DNA of 63,893 nt, the filler included, from Reticulomyxa filosa (Eukaryota; Protista; Foraminifera), in NCBI GenBank assembly GCA_000512085.1. It is 20 parts of 20 records of this genome, joined end to end, with 100 filler letters (N's around TTAATTAATTAA, not from the genome) between each part and the next. Parts side by side here need not be neighbours in the genome. Positions count along the whole stretch, not along the records: positions 62,894 to 63,893 come from ASPP01042126.1; 19 more parts are not named here. One strand, written 5' to 3'. The position numbers and the translations under genes were made by a program. This document shows positions 63,210 through 63,893 of the stretch, piece by piece. A model generated the notes under the pieces. The model did no database searches. It was not told the origin of the DNA and saw nothing but the letters and a program-made list of their open reading frames with translations. Each line of letters starts with the position of its first letter. Position 1 is the stretch's first letter.

Positions 63210-63737
63210 ATGTCCGCAGCACCGCGTGTTTCAGTTCCTGTGAAAGTATTGCAGGAAGGAGAAGGTCATATCGTAACAGTCGAGCTCGTCACTGGCGAAA
63301 CATTTCGTGGCAGACTTTCATCAACTGAGGTAACGTTTTTTCAACGAAAGTCAAGTGGATAAAAATCTGTTGCGGAAATTGCCACGAAACCAAAACGACA
63401 TTTCGCAAACAAAAAGTAGATGTGCTTTTTTTCTTTTCTCTTCTTTTTATTTTTTTAGGAGAACATGAACATTGAATTAAAAGACGTTACATATCGCAGC
63501 AAAAATGGACAAATAAACAAAATGTCAACTGTATTTATCAGAGGCTCACAAGTTCGTTTATTTCTATTGCCTGACTTATTGAAACACGCCAATGTTTTCC
63601 AGAAAGTTCTAGAAGCGGCTGCTCAAAAGCAAAAAGGTATGGTATCTGTTAGCTCATTTCAAAATGACAAAGAAACAGTATAGTTTTGTTTGTTGCGTTC
63701 TTAAATAACAGATGGAAAAAAACGTGGAACGAAATGA
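63210..63737 (+). CDS. SNRPD3: Small nuclear ribonucleoprotein Sm D3
   Basis: VPVKVLQEGEGHIVTVEL.TGETFRG, ENMN and VFIRGSQVR..LPDLLKHA. Exons 63210-63329, 63459-63636 and 63712-63737. Confidence 0.92.
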
Positions 63738-63893
63738 TGGGGGATAACGTGTCAGAATCTCAAAACGAAATTATCGAACACTTTTTGTTGTTTGTTTTTG
63801 TTTGTTTTGTTTTAGTTTTTAACTTAAAAAAAACAATAAAAAATAAACAAAAAATCAAAACAGCCAATCTTAACATATCTTATTCCAACTTGG

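Overview
This window is not one locus. It is 20 short, unrelated contigs joined by 19 artificial 100-bp spacers (44 N + TTAATTAATTAA + 44 N), so neighbourhood across spacers means nothing. Eighteen contigs are AT-rich, intron-containing eukaryotic DNA with microsatellite-filled introns and many decayed paralogues. The expanded TRAF-zinc-finger/WD40 and Kelch-like families recall the foraminiferan Reticulomyxa filosa (recognition from memory, not a search). Recognisable eukaryotic genes: two WD40 genes, a PH-domain protein, an RPEL-like protein, TMEM120, an ABCA transporter, an Arb2/FAM172-like protein, an ISWI C-terminus, a divergent PRPP synthetase, a Frizzled/Smoothened-like GPCR, PP1, PI3K, a class III cyclase, an hnRNP F/H-like protein, a TspO-like fusion, p24, an RNF213-like C-terminus, an iso-orotate-decarboxylase-like protein and SmD3. 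Two contigs are bacterial. Contig 1-1009 is a GC-rich efflux operon fragment (OMF + EmrA). Contig 14130-15176 is AT-rich and holds an IS607 tnpA-tnpB relic, a fumC fragment and an IS5 end, which looks like a decaying intracellular symbiont genome. The ORF track misses three things: the IS607 element, a dispersed Tc1/mariner-type terminal repeat family (7 copies, 24-bp palindromic core) and a Tc1 transposase relic interrupted by one of those copies. Many frameshifts fall in homopolymers and are probably sequencing errors.
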